Shown here: positions 11,301 to 26,300 of the stretch, piece by piece
Layout of the letters: every line of letters begins with the position of its first letter
Numbering within the stretch: position 1 is the stretch's first letter
Assembly (NCBI GenBank): GCA_001724265.1
Contig: MEDY01000203.1
Span: 1 to 53,076, forward strand
Direction: 5' to 3'
From: Rhizaria sp. SCN 62-66
Lineage: Eukaryota
Length of the DNA: 53,076 nucleotides
Notes under the pieces: generated by a model
The model's database searches: none
What the model was told of the DNA's origin: nothing
Seen by the model: the letters and a program-made list of their open reading frames with translations, nothing else
Made by a program: the position numbers and the translations under genes

Positions 11301-14300
11301 CGCGTTATTGTCAGCGTTGATCGCGTCGCTGTCAGCTAGAGACCGCGTGCGCGGAGTCGCGAAAAGGTCGTCACCGTAGCTGTGGCCGTCAGCGTCGCGA
11401 CTCCCGCTGTTGCTGGAGTTATTGGGCATTGGTGCCATGCGGCTCAGACTCGCCCGCGTATTGACTCCAACGCCGATAGCGTTCGCGCTGACGCCTCCAG
11501 TGCCGCCGCTGTACGAGTGTTGCGGCTGTGCCTGCAGACGCGTCCTGCTCGCAGCCGCACCCACAGCGCCGGTCGCGGCCTCGTCGCGCCACCACTCGTC
11601 GGCCGCACTGGGGTCGACGTCGTACGCCTTGCCGCGGCTGACGCCGCCGCTGGCGCCACCGCTCTTTCCCGTCGCCGCGGCGGCCGCAGAGCCCGTATTC
11701 GCAGCAGTCGTCGTCAAGGGAGCGGCAGTCGTCGTCGAGACAGAGTGCCGCGCTCCCTTGGCCCCGGCTCCGGTCGCCGCCGCCGCCGCAGCCGCAGGGG
11801 CCGATGCAGAGCCGGCGGGCCTGGGCGGGGAGAGAGCGCCGCCAGCGCCCGCCGCACCAGCGCCGAGACCGGGGGGCAAGGGCGAGCCTCGGATTCCCGC
11901 GGCGCCGCCCGGCCCTGAAGACATCTGGTTCGGTGGTTGCGCGGGCTGCGAGAGCAGTTGCGCGGTGAGAGCGTTCGCGGCGACGGGGCTCTGGTAACCG
12001 TAAGCTGAGCCGACGGCTGCGCCAGAGAGTGTCGCCGTCACGGAGACGCGTCCAGGGCCGCTGCTGCTGGGCGCCATGACGCCACCAGCGCCTGTCTCAG
12101 TTGCCGACCTCACGCGGTCACGCTGGCCGAGGGCGGCGGTATTGCCGCTGTTGTCCGCGATCGCGGCCGTGGCGGTCCCGCGGCGGCGGGGTGCGGCGCC
12201 GTCGGCCACAGTCCTGTAGCCGCCATCGTCGCCAGCGTCGTCGCTGTTGCTGCCACTGTCGTCGTCCTCGTCGTCGGGGTCCGGCAGCGCGAGGGCCAGG
12301 TATGACAGCGGCAGCAGCCTCTGCAGCGGCGCGATTAGGCACTCAAGCAGGGGGATGCTCACAGTCATGTCGCCCACGGTCACTTCGCCGACGCGGGCAG
12401 CGTGCTCCTGCGCGCTGGCGCTGGCGCTCGCAGCCGCAGCAGCCGCGGCCGCCGCTGCGGCGGTGGCCTTCGCGACGGCGGTTGCGGCGGTGACGGCGGC
12501 GGCAGTGGTGGCGGAGGAGGTGGCCGACACCGAGGCCACGTCGCGCTGCATGATCGCGGGATCGACCACGGTCCCGGCGCGGCCCCATGTCACGGGCGCC
12601 AACGCACTTGCACAAAGATTTGCACTAGGAGCGGAGGCAGTGCTGCCGCCGTTGTTGTTGGTCGTGGCCAGTTGCTGGGCCTGTTGCTGCTGCTGCAGCA
12701 CGGGAGAGCGGTTGGATGTGGGCGGGGTCAGAATTATCGACGACTGGGACCGCGACAGCATCCACGAGGGCGGCGACTGCTTCGCGGCGCTGGCCGCCGT
12801 CGCCGAGGGCGTGTTGCCCGTGGCAGTCGGCGGCGCAAAGAACGAGTCCGCCGCCGACGCCGACGCCGACTGCGCCGTGCTTGCGCTCGCCGCACTAACA
12901 GCAGCCGCGGGACCTGCAGTGTTCTTCCGTCCAGGCGCGGTTGCGGGCACCGCGGCGGTAGAAATCGCAGAGCTAGTGGCAGTCACTGAGGCATTCGAGT
13001 ACACAGGCGAGCTATTCTTGGCGCTAGTCGTGCTTGCATTGTCAACTGCAGTCGGGTGCGTGGCGCCGAACGGGGACAAGACAGCGAGCGACGAAGACGA
13101 CGATGGGAGCGGAGACCCTGACAGCGACGCCCCTGGGTGAAATGAGGACATGGGCGCCAACACACGCGCCTTCGCTGTGGGAGAGTGCACTCTGAAGCTG
13201 AATGGACTGTCAAACACACTACTTCCTGCGGCGGCGGACCGCAGAGCGCTATTGTTGCTAGAGCCGCCGAAACCATTGAAGGCTGCAAAGCCAGCGTTGG
13301 CATCGGAGTCGGAGTCGAAAGCGTAGCCAGGTGAGCTGCTGCTGCTGCTGGCAGATGGGGCGTTGTTGGGAAGAGAAAGTCCAAGGAAACAAGCGATGAA
13401 GCGGGTCTGGCGCAGCAGAGCCTTGTGAGCAGTCAGCGCCTCCGCGTTTGGCCAAAGGATGCTCTCCAAGGCTGCCGTGGACACGTCGGCGGTGACACCA
13501 TTGCTCTCGGCCACGCTCGCGTTTGCGCCAGTTGAGGAAAGATGGGCGAATGCGGGCGGGATAGGAACGATGCAGAACGGCGCATGGTTAGCAGCCCACT
13601 CCTCAGTCACCTCGCCGTCGTCATCGTTATCGCTCGCCGTGTCCTCACCGTCGCTAGCGTGATCGCTGTCACTAGCAGTCGACGAACGCAAGCTGGTGCG
13701 GTCATCCTCTGCGTCGTAGCTGCTTTCGCAGCTCGAGTAGGACTGTGAGGCGCCTCTATCTTCGCTGCTGTTGTTTCTACCTCTATCACTATCATCGCCA
13801 CGTTTCTGGGGCAGTGCGTGCTCACAGTTGCAGTTGCAGCTCGTGCACGCGGCAGCGTCAATATCAGCGTCGGCGATCGCTGCCAGCGCGCGAATTGTTG
13901 CGACGGTGACGCTGGCATTCGAGTCGGCAGCATCGCCGCGGCCACCGCGGCGCCGCTTGGGGGCGCTACACGATTGACTTCCAGCACCAACGATAGACTG
14001 TGTGTGCGGTGGCTTCGGTAGGCGTGATCCAACCAGAGGCAGCGCAGCGAAACGCACTGTAAACACCGCAGATGTGATGTCAGTAGTCGTTGTAAGCGGG
14101 ACAGAGACCAGCGCAAGCTCCATCCGTGGGGGGTTGTCAGCGTAACTGCGAGGCTTGGCGTTACTAGGACTGGTAATCCCAGTCTTCGAACTCGGGGACT
14201 TGGCCGCAGCAGATGTGGGGGAAGGCGGAAAGGCCTGTGGGCTCACTTGACGCGCAGCCTCGCGCAGAGACAGGGCACGCTGCGCGCCCTGCACGCTGTT

Positions 14301-17300
14301 GCTGCTGACGACGTTTGCAGCGCCCGGCGCTGTAGTTGGCACCGAGCCTGGCTTCGTCACGCTGAGGCTGCTGCTTGCACCGCGTGTGACCGTGGTCGTT
14401 GCATTCACGGCCGCAGCGGTCGCAGCGTTTGTGGACGATGACGACGAGGAAGAGGATGAGGAAGGACGGAACCTGAAGAAGGCACGAGCCGCAGCGGCCG
14501 CAGCAGAAGCAGCGGCAAAGGCGCGCGCGCGAGTGCTGGTCGCCTCGGCCGTAGCCGCTGCAGCTGCAGAGGGCGGCTCAGTAGCAGTGGCGGTCGTAGA
14601 CGGAGCGCGTGGCGAAACCTTACTCTGACCAATACCAGCGCTCACGCTCACTGGAGAGCTAACAGATCCCGGGGCGGCTGCATGTCCGCCCTTACTTTGT
14701 TCAGAATCACCGCTGACTGGCGTCTGAGTGGGACTGGATAAAGGTGTGACAGCGGGCACAGGAACGAGCGCGGGCGCAACGGCGTGCACGGCGACGTGTG
14801 TGTTGAGCACCCTGACCGCGGCCGCAGAGCCGCAGTACAGCCCCGCCCGGCCGCGCGCAGGCACCACGAGCGCCACGCGCGCGGGCGCAAGCGCGGTGCG
14901 GGGCTGTGAGAGCGAGAGCGCACGCGCAGTGGCGGCGGGCCACGCAGAGCCGTCGAGCGCGGTTGCCGGGGCGACGTAGCCGGTGCGCGCGGTGACCGAA
15001 GCAGACGAAAGATATGCGTCAATGAGGGGCCGTTTGGCCTCGTGACTCAACTTCGAGAACGCATGAGTCGGACACTCCGTCTCGCTGTCACTCCCTGTCG
15101 TCTTATTCTCGTGGGCATCTTGGTCATTGAAACTCTTACTGTAGATGTTATCATCGTCGCTGCTGCTGCTGCTGTCGTGAACCTTCAGAGCGGTCACGGC
15201 AGCGGGCATGGCCTGAGCAAAAGCGCGTGCACGAGAGAGCGGCGACAACAGCGGCGACAGCGGCACGGGACTTCCACCAACAGAAGCATCAGCGCGCGTG
15301 TTAGCAGCAGTTGCGCCCACACTAGATCGGCGACGGCGGCGCGGGGACGTCCGTACATCGCTCGCATCATGTTGAGTCGCGCCTATGTTCCTCAAATTCG
15401 CAGCAGCCGCTTTGTTGCCGGCAATGACGCGCGTGACTGTCATGCCAGTCGACTTCTTCGCGTCAACATCGACCCGATCATGTGTGCTGTGAGCAGAAGC
15501 AGTGTTGACCGTGAGCTGAGACACCGCAAGCTGGCGTCCGCTGCCGCCATCGCCGTGAGCAGCGCCTGCGTGACCGTGCGCAGAAATCAAGTGACCGCTG
15601 GGGCTCGTGAGCAAAGTGTACGCGTCGTCCGCGGCAGCCGCAGCGGCATGAGCAGCGGCGGCGGCAGCAGCAGCTCTGATCGCCCCGCTCTTGCCCTTAC
15701 TCTGTCTACGGTGGCCATCGAACATGTTGGAGTCGTCGTCCTCTTCCTCCTCACCCTCAACCAGCGACGGCAGTCCGCCAGCATTCGCTGCGATAACAGC
15801 TGGCGCGTCTCCGGTCGCAGCTCCGTAACCGTGGCCGTGGCCGTGGCCGTGCCCGCGACTAAAATTGGGACCAAGGTTGTGATGGGTCTGCAGCTGGTGC
15901 GTCAGGAGCGTCACCGTCGCGCTGCCGCGCGGTGAGAGCCAGCCGGCGCCGACTGTCGAAGCCTCCGCCACCGCGGCAGCTTCGGCCGCCGCAACCGCCG
16001 CGGCGGCATCCGCGTCAGCCTGCGTGCCACGGCCGCGCACCTTGGACGGCGACGCCGCCGAAAACAGCAGCTGCGACGACGTCGGCGCAGCGCCGGCAGC
16101 TGAGACAGAGCGGGGTGAGCCGACAGCGGATGCAGACGCGAGGACAGAAGCATTATCAGCCGCTGGCGCAGGCGAGAGCGCGGACGCGTGGCCACTGCGA
16201 ACGCTGGAGTTAATGGTCAAGTTGAGCCGCTCGCCTGTGCGTGGGGACACCGCAGTGTCGAAGCGCCCCAGCGATACAATGTGCCGGGCAGGAACAACAA
16301 CAGGGCCCACACCGCCGGTGATGGAGTTGCCACTAATGAGCGTGGTCGTGGTGTTGCTGAAAGTTGGGGCAAAGGCGGGCGGGGACAGTATGCCAGCGGA
16401 GGTTCCGGCGGCCTTGGCTGCGTTCTTCGCAGCAGGAGCACCGCGCGATGCCAAAGGCGTGGACGGGGAACCGGGCACTGGTGACAGCGCAGGTGCGCCG
16501 CCGTGACTAGTTGCAGCAACACCGTAACCGTTACGAGGCGACGCTGGCGACAGCGGCGTGAAGAACGTCGCCGGGGATAAGAGTCCGCCGTTCACAGCTG
16601 ACCCAGAATTAGGAGGGCGTAGAGAGTTGCCTCCGGGGGCAATACGAGAGGCTGATGTGCTGGAAGTAAGGCCGCCAGTACTGGCATTGGTGGCAATGGT
16701 GTTGGCAGCGCGAGGACGAATGTAGTACGAGAGCGCACTCGCCTTGGGTGTCGCTGTGGGCGCGCCAGACGCAATGGCGTCGAGACTGGAGCGAGGGGAA
16801 CTGGGCCCGTTCGGCGTGCAACTGCCACCCGCATTGGGTAAGTCACTGCTGACACCGAATAATGCGTCTTCGCCCAGTGAGGGCGCATGATCGTACTGCA
16901 AGGGCTCCTTGTTGGCAAACTGCGCAGTGGCTGCGTCGCCGGGCGCGAAAACGGACGTGGAGCGCACCAGCGGCACGCGCCCGGCGACGACGGAGAGCAT
17001 CTTGTCGATGGCCCGCAGCGCGCGGACCACGGATGCGGGCGGCAGAGGGGCGAGCCAGCGCGAGAGACGGGGCCGGTCCAGCGCGCGCGCGTCGGTGGCA
17101 GTGACGGAGCCGGGCGGCAGCACGACTGTCTCGATCGGAGTCGGCTTCACAGTGGATGCTGGAACTGCACTGGCGTTCACGCTGATAGAGGCGGTTTGCG
17201 GCGGAAGCAAAGCTGCATAGCCACCAGTGGTGACGACCGCGCTGATAGCAGCGAGCGCAGCCATGGTTGCAACATCGCTCGCAGCAGCACCAGAAGCTAC

Positions 17301-20300
17301 TAGGGCAGCAGTGGCAACAGGGTCAACATTACTCGCCTTATCGGACTTTTTGTCCTTCTTATCCTTCTTGTCCTTTTTGCTCTTCTTGTCCATGTTTGCG
17401 AGAGCAGGAGAAGCCATTCTAGCAGCAGCAGCGGCAGCAGCGGCGGTGTTTGCCTCCTTCACGGCTGCGGTTAGTTCAAGCTCCATCGCCCGAAGCACGC
17501 CCGCGCGCAGCATTGGCGGCGATGCCATCAGGCACTTGCGCAGCTCCTCCGCAATCGGGTCCGTGAGAGCAGTGTCGTACTTGCGCCTGCGCTCCTCCTC
17601 CTCCTCACGTTCCTGCTGCAGCTGCTGGGACGACTTCGCACTGCGCGCAGCGGCAAACGCCGCGGTCGGAGAAATGACGCCAGTAGAGCCAGCGCCAGCA
17701 GCCGCGGAGCGGGGCGTTGTCGTACTGCTGTTGTTGGCAGCAGCGGCGGCAGCGGCAGCAGCAGCAGCAGCGGCCGTGCTGTAGTGAGTCATGAACCCAG
17801 AGCCAACGCGGCTGAGAGCGCGCGAGGACGGGGACGCGAGGTTCGTATTGGTGCGCGACAGCGGCGGCGACGACTGCTGCCAGAGCTGCTGCTGCGACGC
17901 AGCTCCGCCACTTGTGCTGGGGGTCTGCGGCATCTGCTGCTGCTGAGCGAAAGCGTCCGGGGACTGCGGGCGCGACAGCCAAAGTCCGAGGCTGTCAGAC
18001 ACCATGGGCGACGGCAGCGGGGGGTCAGAAGACGCCGGGAACAGCAGCGGCAGCGGCAGCGGCCCCGGCAGCGTGGTCGCGCCCGTCGGCGCGCGATGGT
18101 GAGCTGCGTGAGCAGCTGCGGTGTGGCTGTGCGCGTGACTGTGGGCAGCCCGAGACTGGGACTGTGCATGCGACTGAGACTGAGAGTGCGACTGCGAGCG
18201 GGGCGAGGGCGCCTCGGAAAGTGACTGTAGCTGTGGCTGCGTGACTAGTGGTGACTGAGTGAAGAAAAGTGCGCGGCCAGGCGAGGCACCGCCCTCGGCC
18301 ACTGGGAAAGTTGCACGGGCCTCTGGAGACAGAGTATGCAAAGCGGGTAGCTGCGGTCCAGCGGGCGCAACGCTAGTCGTGTCGGGCGTTTCTGCCTCCG
18401 TGTCCATGCCGGTCGTCGCAGCAGCTGTGGCAGCAGCGGGCACAGGCGCTGTTGCCGATAGCAGTGATGACAACGCGAGAAGAGGATCTGACCAGCCGAC
18501 AAAGCAGGCAGAGTCGTTAAGCGAGTTGTCAACCACTAAAGGGGGAGCAAATGTCAGCAGCCTCGTCCACACAGTTTGCTTCGACCGGCCGTCTTCAGTG
18601 GAAACACGACGCGAGGCAGCAGAAAGAGCGGCGGCCGCGGCAGTTGTGGCAGCGGCCGCAGCGGCGGCAGGAGTCAGCACGTTCGCAGACGCCGCCACCG
18701 CAGTCGCGTTGAGCCTCGGTGTGGCGGCATTGGTGCTGATGCGCGATGAAGAGCGGTGACGAGTGTTATAAGGACTCTTGGGGCTGTAGCCACAGGGAGA
18801 CATGTCTGAACCCTGAAACGAGTCTTCGTCTTCGTCGGAATCGCTGTCCTCGCTGCTCTTGTCAGGCGCGCTATCATCATCCTCGTCAAAGTCATCATCA
18901 TCGTCACCAAAGGTGCTCTCGCGATGGCTCGCGAACCGGCGCCGCATGCGGCCGCTCTCCATGGCGGTTACAGCAGCCTCGGCTGCGGCGTCGGCAGCAA
19001 CCTCAGCGGCGGCGGCGGCGTCCGCGGCGCGAGGCGCAAAGGCGACACGGAGCCTTTCGCAGCGGCCAGGCAGCGGTGCGTCAGAAACGCATACTGAGAG
19101 GTGGAAAGAAGAGTTCAACACAGACAATGCGTCGAAAGCATCGCAGATGTCCTCGGCCCCGTAGACTTCACCACCAATACTCGCGGCAGAATCTGTGGCG
19201 GCATTATAAGATGCAAGCGCGACCTGGTGCAGCAGCGGTGCGGCGTCAGACCATTGTCGCGCGGCCGCATGCCACCTGCTTAGACGGCCGCCCTTCGCGC
19301 GAAGGCTCTGAGCGGACGAGCCGCGACGACGGTGACAGGCAGCGACACCGCAGCACTTGCTCTCTTCGTTATTGGAGTCGGCAGCAATGCGACTACTCGT
19401 GCAAACCGGTGGTTGTGGCTGCAGTTGCGCCTGTGAGTCCATACTTGCAACAGCAGCAGCAACAAGCTTCTGTGCAGTAGCTTCGGCTGCAGTTGACGCT
19501 GTCGCGCTAGACTCCGGAACCATGGAGGAGTCGTCGGCAAGCGTGAGTACAAGTGGCATCGGCAACGGCAGTGGCACAGGCGCAGGTTGGGGCGACCCTA
19601 TAGCAGCAGACAGCTGCGTTGGCGCTTGTGTCTGTGACTGCTTAGGCGAAAGCAGTGACGGCACCACGGCGGCAGACTGAACCGCCTCGCTAAGAGCGGG
19701 GACGGCGGAGTTGCGAGGCGGAGTTGGCCGGGGCAGCGCGGGCAACCCAGCGCTACCGTGTCCAGCACTAGTTGCGACTGAAGCAAAAGAAGTGCTCGTG
19801 TGAGTGCTTGTACTCGAACCAGTGTTCAGCTGCGCGGCGTTGGCGGTGTTCGTGCCACCTGCAGCCGCAGAGCGTTTGTGGCCGCAGGGAATGCGAGGGT
19901 CCATATCTAAGGGGGTGCACGCGACCGTTGTCCACGAGGTCTTCCCAGTGCCGTTGTTACCAGCATGCGTAGAGTTCGAGAACGTCTCCGTGTCACCCTT
20001 AGACTCCTCAACGCTGCTACGCCGTCCGCGGCAACGCTGTTGAGCGCGTTTCTCGCCTGTGTAAGTACCCTCGCCACCAGTGTAAGGGGTTGTCGTCTCT
20101 GGGTCAGGAAGAAGTGAGGGGAGTGACCAGCCCTTTACTGTCACGCTGCCCGAAGCAGCCAGTGATGCCGCGGTCACGCTCACGCTCTCGGCCCCGCTGG
20201 CGGCCGCAGTTGTGCTTAAAGCCGAACGAGTGGGAGGGAGGAACGAGTGCGTAATCGCGGCAGCGTGGTGGCTACCACAATAAAGCATATCGGACGCGTG

Positions 20301-23300
20301 GCTACCAAGACGCACGCCCCCGCTGCGTGCTGCACCGTTCGCCGATGCAGAAGCAGCGGGGTTGATGCAACCTGACAGCAGCGCGGCCTCTGCAGCGTAC
20401 ACACACTGAGGCGGCAGATCCCATCCGGCACCAACACCAGCATAGCTGCTGTCACCGTCCTTGGAGCGCGCGCTCGAAGATGCCGCAGTGGCCGCAGCTG
20501 CGTAACGCCCAAGCGCACCTGCGAGGCGGCTTAGCTTCGCGCGCGCGGGGCGAACAGCGTACACCCAGCCAGCGGCAAGCCAGGGGGTGGGGATGGGGAC
20601 GCACGCGTGTGGCGGCAGCGGGGCTGAGACAGCGCGCACGCCAAGTTGCCTGCGAGTGTCGGCAGAGTGAAGGATGACATTAGTATGGTCGTCGCCGGCG
20701 TGAGTGTCGATCGTCCACTCGATCTCGCCACTCTGCGAAAATGAGGACACCTGAGCGTATTTGGTGGAAGAGTGTGAGAGGAACGCGTCGAGTTGCTTGC
20801 AACTGGGTGCAAGCACAACCTCGAGCCACACGTCCGTGTCGTTGCGCGCAAAGAAGAGCGGCGTAACTGTAAGCAGCGTCTGTGGAGCCGCAGTCCGGTG
20901 TGCATAAGCATTCGCGCAGCCGGTGCGAGCTGCCACGAGCATCGCGAACTGTTGTCGCTGCTCGTCGCCCTGAATCTGCAGCCCCGGGTGCGCCTGTGTC
21001 CGTGACGGAGAGCATGACTGTAAAACCGACCCCGGCAGAGACAGCAGCCACTGCCTGTTGGGAGGCAACAAAGCCGGGAGAGCGAAAACCAGGTCAACAC
21101 CGACACCAACTCCAATAAGACCGTTGCGAACCGCATCCGTGCTACTTACAGACATCGACCGATCGCGCTTGGGCTTCGAGCGCATCGTACGTGCGGCAGC
21201 GGCGCTGACAACAGCAGCTGTGATGTTGCTCTCGCAGTCGGCATCATCCGCTACATCGTCAAAAGGAGTCAATTCCTCGGCGACAGATGTCAGCGCGTCG
21301 AGGGGAATCGAGAGACCGAGCGCAGTCCGCACCACAATATTGCCAACCTGAGCGCTCTTGTTAATGCCCCCAACAGAATCGGTAAGGTTAAGCGCCGGCA
21401 GGGACAGAGGCGCAACCGTAAGTGCGGGTGCAGCGGCCGCAAACGATAGGGAAGACAGACTTAAAGTTTCCTCAGACAAGCGGCGGCCCGCCCCATCCGA
21501 AGAACGGATACTGCTGCTGCTCTTGTTCGACCGAGTGGTGGCTGTGTAGGCCGCTAACACGGGGCCTGTCGCGCACAGCAGCGCCGCGACGGGCGCCGGG
21601 GCCACAGCGGCTGCTGCTGACGCGGCGACAGACGCGGCAGAAGCCACCAACGTGTTGCGAGAGAGAGAGCGCCTCTGTTGCGTCAGCGCCACATACGGCG
21701 GCGTAAGTGGCCGCGGCATCGGGGTGAAGTCTGCAGTGCACACGCGCGCCCATGCCACAGAGGCGGTCGCAGCACGGCGCCAGACACGCATCAATCGCTG
21801 CTGCTTCTGCTGTAAGTGTGATGGTGTGGCGGTGGACTGGGCAGCTTCTGTTGCCGCTGGAGCCGCTGTCAGCAGAGACGTGGGCATCCAGGATCCGAAG
21901 GCCGCAGCCTCATCGACAGCGGTCGCCAGCGCGCAAATTTCATCGCAACCCAGACCCAATGCCTGGAGCAATTGATGGCGGTCATTCTTAGCCTGAGAAG
22001 AAACGGCAACAGTGCGACGCGAGGGCACGCGCAGCACCAGTGTGCTATCATTGCCGCATGAGTTGTCAGAAATGCACCGCACTGTACCTGAGGGAGATGC
22101 GACGAGGAACGGGACTGAAGGCGCAGCGTTACCACGACGCCAGAGCGCAGCCGTTAATGTAAGCGACTGTGCGGAGACATCATCGGCCGCGGGGAGCGTT
22201 AGGCTAGCTGAAGTCTTCGTCACAAGCGCAGACTTCGCAAAAGCATAGTCAAAGGTTGTTAAAGCATTCTCATCAGGCGCAGCGACAACATTGGATTTAC
22301 TTGCAGGGCGATTAATCCAGAGCGTCAGCTGCATCAGAGGCAGCGGGGCGACGCCGCGAGACCATGCGAGGCGGGACGAACTCAAAGTTACAGCCGCTAA
22401 AACATCGGCGCTGCGACGACGGCGACAATTACGACGTTGGTTACTACTTGTGATTTTGAGGGTGTATGCACGCATCACCCTCTGCGTGTTATCATTAGTC
22501 GTTGTAACTGCTCCACTGTCGGACTGCTTGACGACGTCTGCACCGACTGCTGAGACAGCCGGGCTCGCGGAACAGACAGTCGAGCGGGTGGGGCTGCTCT
22601 GGGGACTGCGGCTGGGGCTATGGCTCGGGCTCGCCGACACGCTGTTGCTGAGACTGCTACTCTGACTGATTTTGCTGCGACTCTGGCGCAATGCTTGCTT
22701 CTTTGGACTTGATTCGGTAGAAAACTCTGCACCAGACGCACCTACAGCAGTCCGCACAGCACCAAACGCAGTTGCGAGCGCGCCATTCACAGTTAACAGT
22801 GAAGCCAGAGTGTTTGAGAACTCCGCTGTGGCGGCAGTTGCAAACACGTCCGTCGCTGTGACTGCAAGTGCAGCCAACGCGGGGATTGCAGACGTGAGCA
22901 TCTGCCAGCGCGCGGGTGACTCCATAGCGAAAGTAATAAGGCGGGGGCGAGCCGCATCAGCGTCAATAATGGGATCCACTAGGCCAACTGAAACAGTCGC
23001 GGCAAGTGGGGAAAGCAACTGAACAAGCGGCACGCAGCGCTCGCAGTCTTCGCGAGCTGCGGCCGAATCAACAGTCAAAGTGCGAGTTGTGCGAGCAGCG
23101 GTAGCCGGGGCAAATGCAGTGGCGGTGGCAGACACCGTGATGGCGTTGACGTCGCTCACGCGCCACAGCGGCTGCCACGGCGTTTGCGAGCGCAGCGCCC
23201 TCGCGACACGCGACAGCATTGCTGCAGCCCCGCCGGCCGGAGCCACTGTGCCCGCGCTCACGGTTGCGGCGGCGTAGCTCAGGCTGGAGTTGGGCAAGCT

Positions 23301-26300
23301 GGCGTTGTTGCTGTCGCGCGAGGGCAGGATCAGGACGGACAGGCGGCGAGACACAGCAGCAGCCGCCGCAGCCGTGGCGGCGGCATCGGCCTTTGCGATT
23401 GCAGTGGCCGCGGCATCAGCGGCGGCAGTGGCGGCGGCCTCTGCGTCTGGCACGGTGACGGTCGCGGCTGCGGCCAGGGTCGCGAGCGGAGAGCTGGCCG
23501 TCGCCAAAGCAACTGCTCCTGTGACAGGCGCGGAGACAGGGTTGACAGCCGCAGCGACAGCGGCAGTCGAGGCGCGATCAGATGCGCTATTAGGAGAAGA
23601 CGCAGGCGCAGACGCGGTAGTGGCATTGCTCGCAGCCGCGCTGGAGCCTGTCACCGTGTGCATTGCAGAAGCGGCAGCGGCTGCAGCTGCCGTCGTCGTG
23701 GCAGCAACAGCTGCAGCGGCAGTCACCGCAGCGTTAGCCGCGGCAACCACAGCGGCAGCAGCGGTCGTCACCGTAGTCGCCGCAGTGGCAGTGGTCGTGG
23801 TGACCGCGGGCAGCGCGAACGTGTAACGGCTGGTGACAAGCGGGCGCGTGAGCGGAGAGATCTTGAATACACTTAAGCTGGCTGCACACGCCATGTCCAC
23901 GTTTGTGACCGTAAGCGCACCCGCGACGCTGACTGTGAGACTGAGAGGGAAAGCAGTGACGTCAGTGTTCAGCGCGAGCGCATCGCTGTGCTGCGTGTAG
24001 TCACCAATCCAGCCCAAAACAATCGCACTATTTTTAGGAACGCTCTTGCCCTTTGCACCAGACTTAACGTTGTGGCTAGTCAAGGCAGGCCCAGCAAACG
24101 CAGCGGTCTTAAGAGAGCGATACGCGTGCGCAGACAGGCAGTGCACATCAGCCGAGCCGCTCACAGTCACCTTGCTCACAGCCACAGCGCCCAGAGACGT
24201 TTCAGCGGCCGAAACAATCTTGGTGACAAGAGCGCTGTGATCAGTACCTTGCGAATGTGATAAATTGATCAGATCGAACAGGGCATTGGCGTTGAGATCC
24301 AGCCTGCCGACAGTCACGCCAACGGTCACACCAGACTCAGCGGCAGCAGCGTTCGAAGGCGCGGTGCTCGCGCCGCTCGCTGCAGGAGATGAGACTGGGG
24401 GGACGATCGAAAAGCGGAGAGAGAACTCGTCATCTTCATCGCCAGCAGAGATCTCTGGGCTCTCAACATCGTCGCCATTGTCTGGCAAGCTGGCACTGGC
24501 ACTATCACTCTCATTTTCGTCCACCTCAGCGCCAACGTCCACATTGCTCTGGAGGGAGGTCGTATCGTCATCGCCTCGGTCACGCTTGATCTTGCCTTCA
24601 GCGCCTGAGCGACTGTGGGAAGAGCGACCCCGCGCAGAGTGACTACGAATCAGCGCGGCAGTGGACGCTGACGTAACGGAGACCTCGGCGAGCAGCACAG
24701 TCCACGCCTCTTTCCGGACGGCGCGTGTGAACACAGCGCGCTCGTATGCAAGCCGCGGCGCCGTGGCCAGCAAGTGACTGTGAGCAGGGGAGGGGTATTG
24801 ACACTGGCCAAGAGCCGCAGCAGAAATCGCAGGCGGCAAGGGACTGAATGCGTTGTAGCTGTCGTAGCCACCATCGTTCTCTTCATCAACGGCATCCTCA
24901 CCGAACTCGCGCCCGTCATCAGAGGCCGCAGTGGCGCTAGCCTTGGCGCTAGCCTTGGCGCTCTTCTGCTTGGCCTTGCGCGCGTCACCGTGCTTCTGTA
25001 AAGCCTCAGCTCCAGCGTTGCTGTTATCAGCTGCTGTGCTTCCAGCGGCTATCTCTTCAGGAGGTGGGGGGAATGAGTCGGCGACAGACAGTCCGCCGGT
25101 GCACGTCGCGTCAGCAAACCAGGAGAGAGACGGAGCAAAGCGTAGACGGCGCAGGCTCGACTCGTTCACAGTCACTACACCATCGTCATTGGACGGCACG
25201 CGCCCCTGCGGCGGGAGCTGTGACAGTGGCTGTGGAGGTGAATTGCGACGAGTGAGCCACTGGGCCGCCTTCTTTTTCAAGTGGCACGAGCGCACGGCAA
25301 TATCAGTGCGAGTACGCTCTGTGACCGTGCTCACAGTGGCCCAAAGCTGCACAGTACTGGTGACCGTCAATTCTGCGCCACCACCGGCGAGCACAACGCT
25401 CAACGACGGCGACTGGGCCAGAGACTGCGCTTGTACGTTGCATCGCGCCTCACCATCGCTCGCACCAAGTTCCGTATTGACGCTGCTAAGATTGTTGAAT
25501 CGACATAAATTGAGCCGCCAAGCAACCTCTTCATAGCCAGTGTCCAGAGATGTCGCTGCAGCGGCCGTCGGAGCGGCGGAGACTGGCACGCACGGACGCG
25601 CCGTGGTGACTGTGAGCGCAACCGGTCCCGTGACCGTAAGCAGGACAGGTACAGAAGCGCCAAGTCCGGTCGCAGCAGGCACAGCATCAGTAACATCGTC
25701 GCCGTTGTCGTCGTCATTGCGACACACAGCATCCGCAGTGCTGCTTCCATTCGCGGGGTCAGCAGCGCTTGCGTCAGGAGAGCTGACGGTGAGGTTCGCG
25801 CTGAGCCTGCGGCGCAGCTGCGACAGCGCGCGCCGGCCCAGCACCGCCGCGCCCACAGTCGCTACCGCAAGCGGACACAGAGACGAGCGGGCGGAAGTCG
25901 CGGTTGAGACCCGCACTGCGCTCGTGACCGCAGAGATGGCTGCAACGACGGTCGCGACAGCAGCGGTAAGCTGCGGCGTAATAGTTAGGTACAGACTGTT
26001 GTTCTCGCCGCCGAGATTGGAAGCAGCGCGGTCAGTAGGGCTAAGTGTGACCGTAAGCAAGTCGCGTGACATAGCAGCAGCGACCGCAAACGCACAAACG
26101 CACGAACCAGCAGTTGCGCTCAGCGCGACAACAGATGAGGAGGCCGCGAAAGTGGCTGCGGCGGCTGCGGACTGAATACGCGACGGGAGCGTGCGCAGAG
26201 GCCGGGGGAAGCCCAGACCCGTGCTCTCGGCGCTTGAGTCGGCGTTGGCGTCGGCATCAGTGCTACTGTTATCGGACGGTGCAGACAGCAAGTGGAGCGC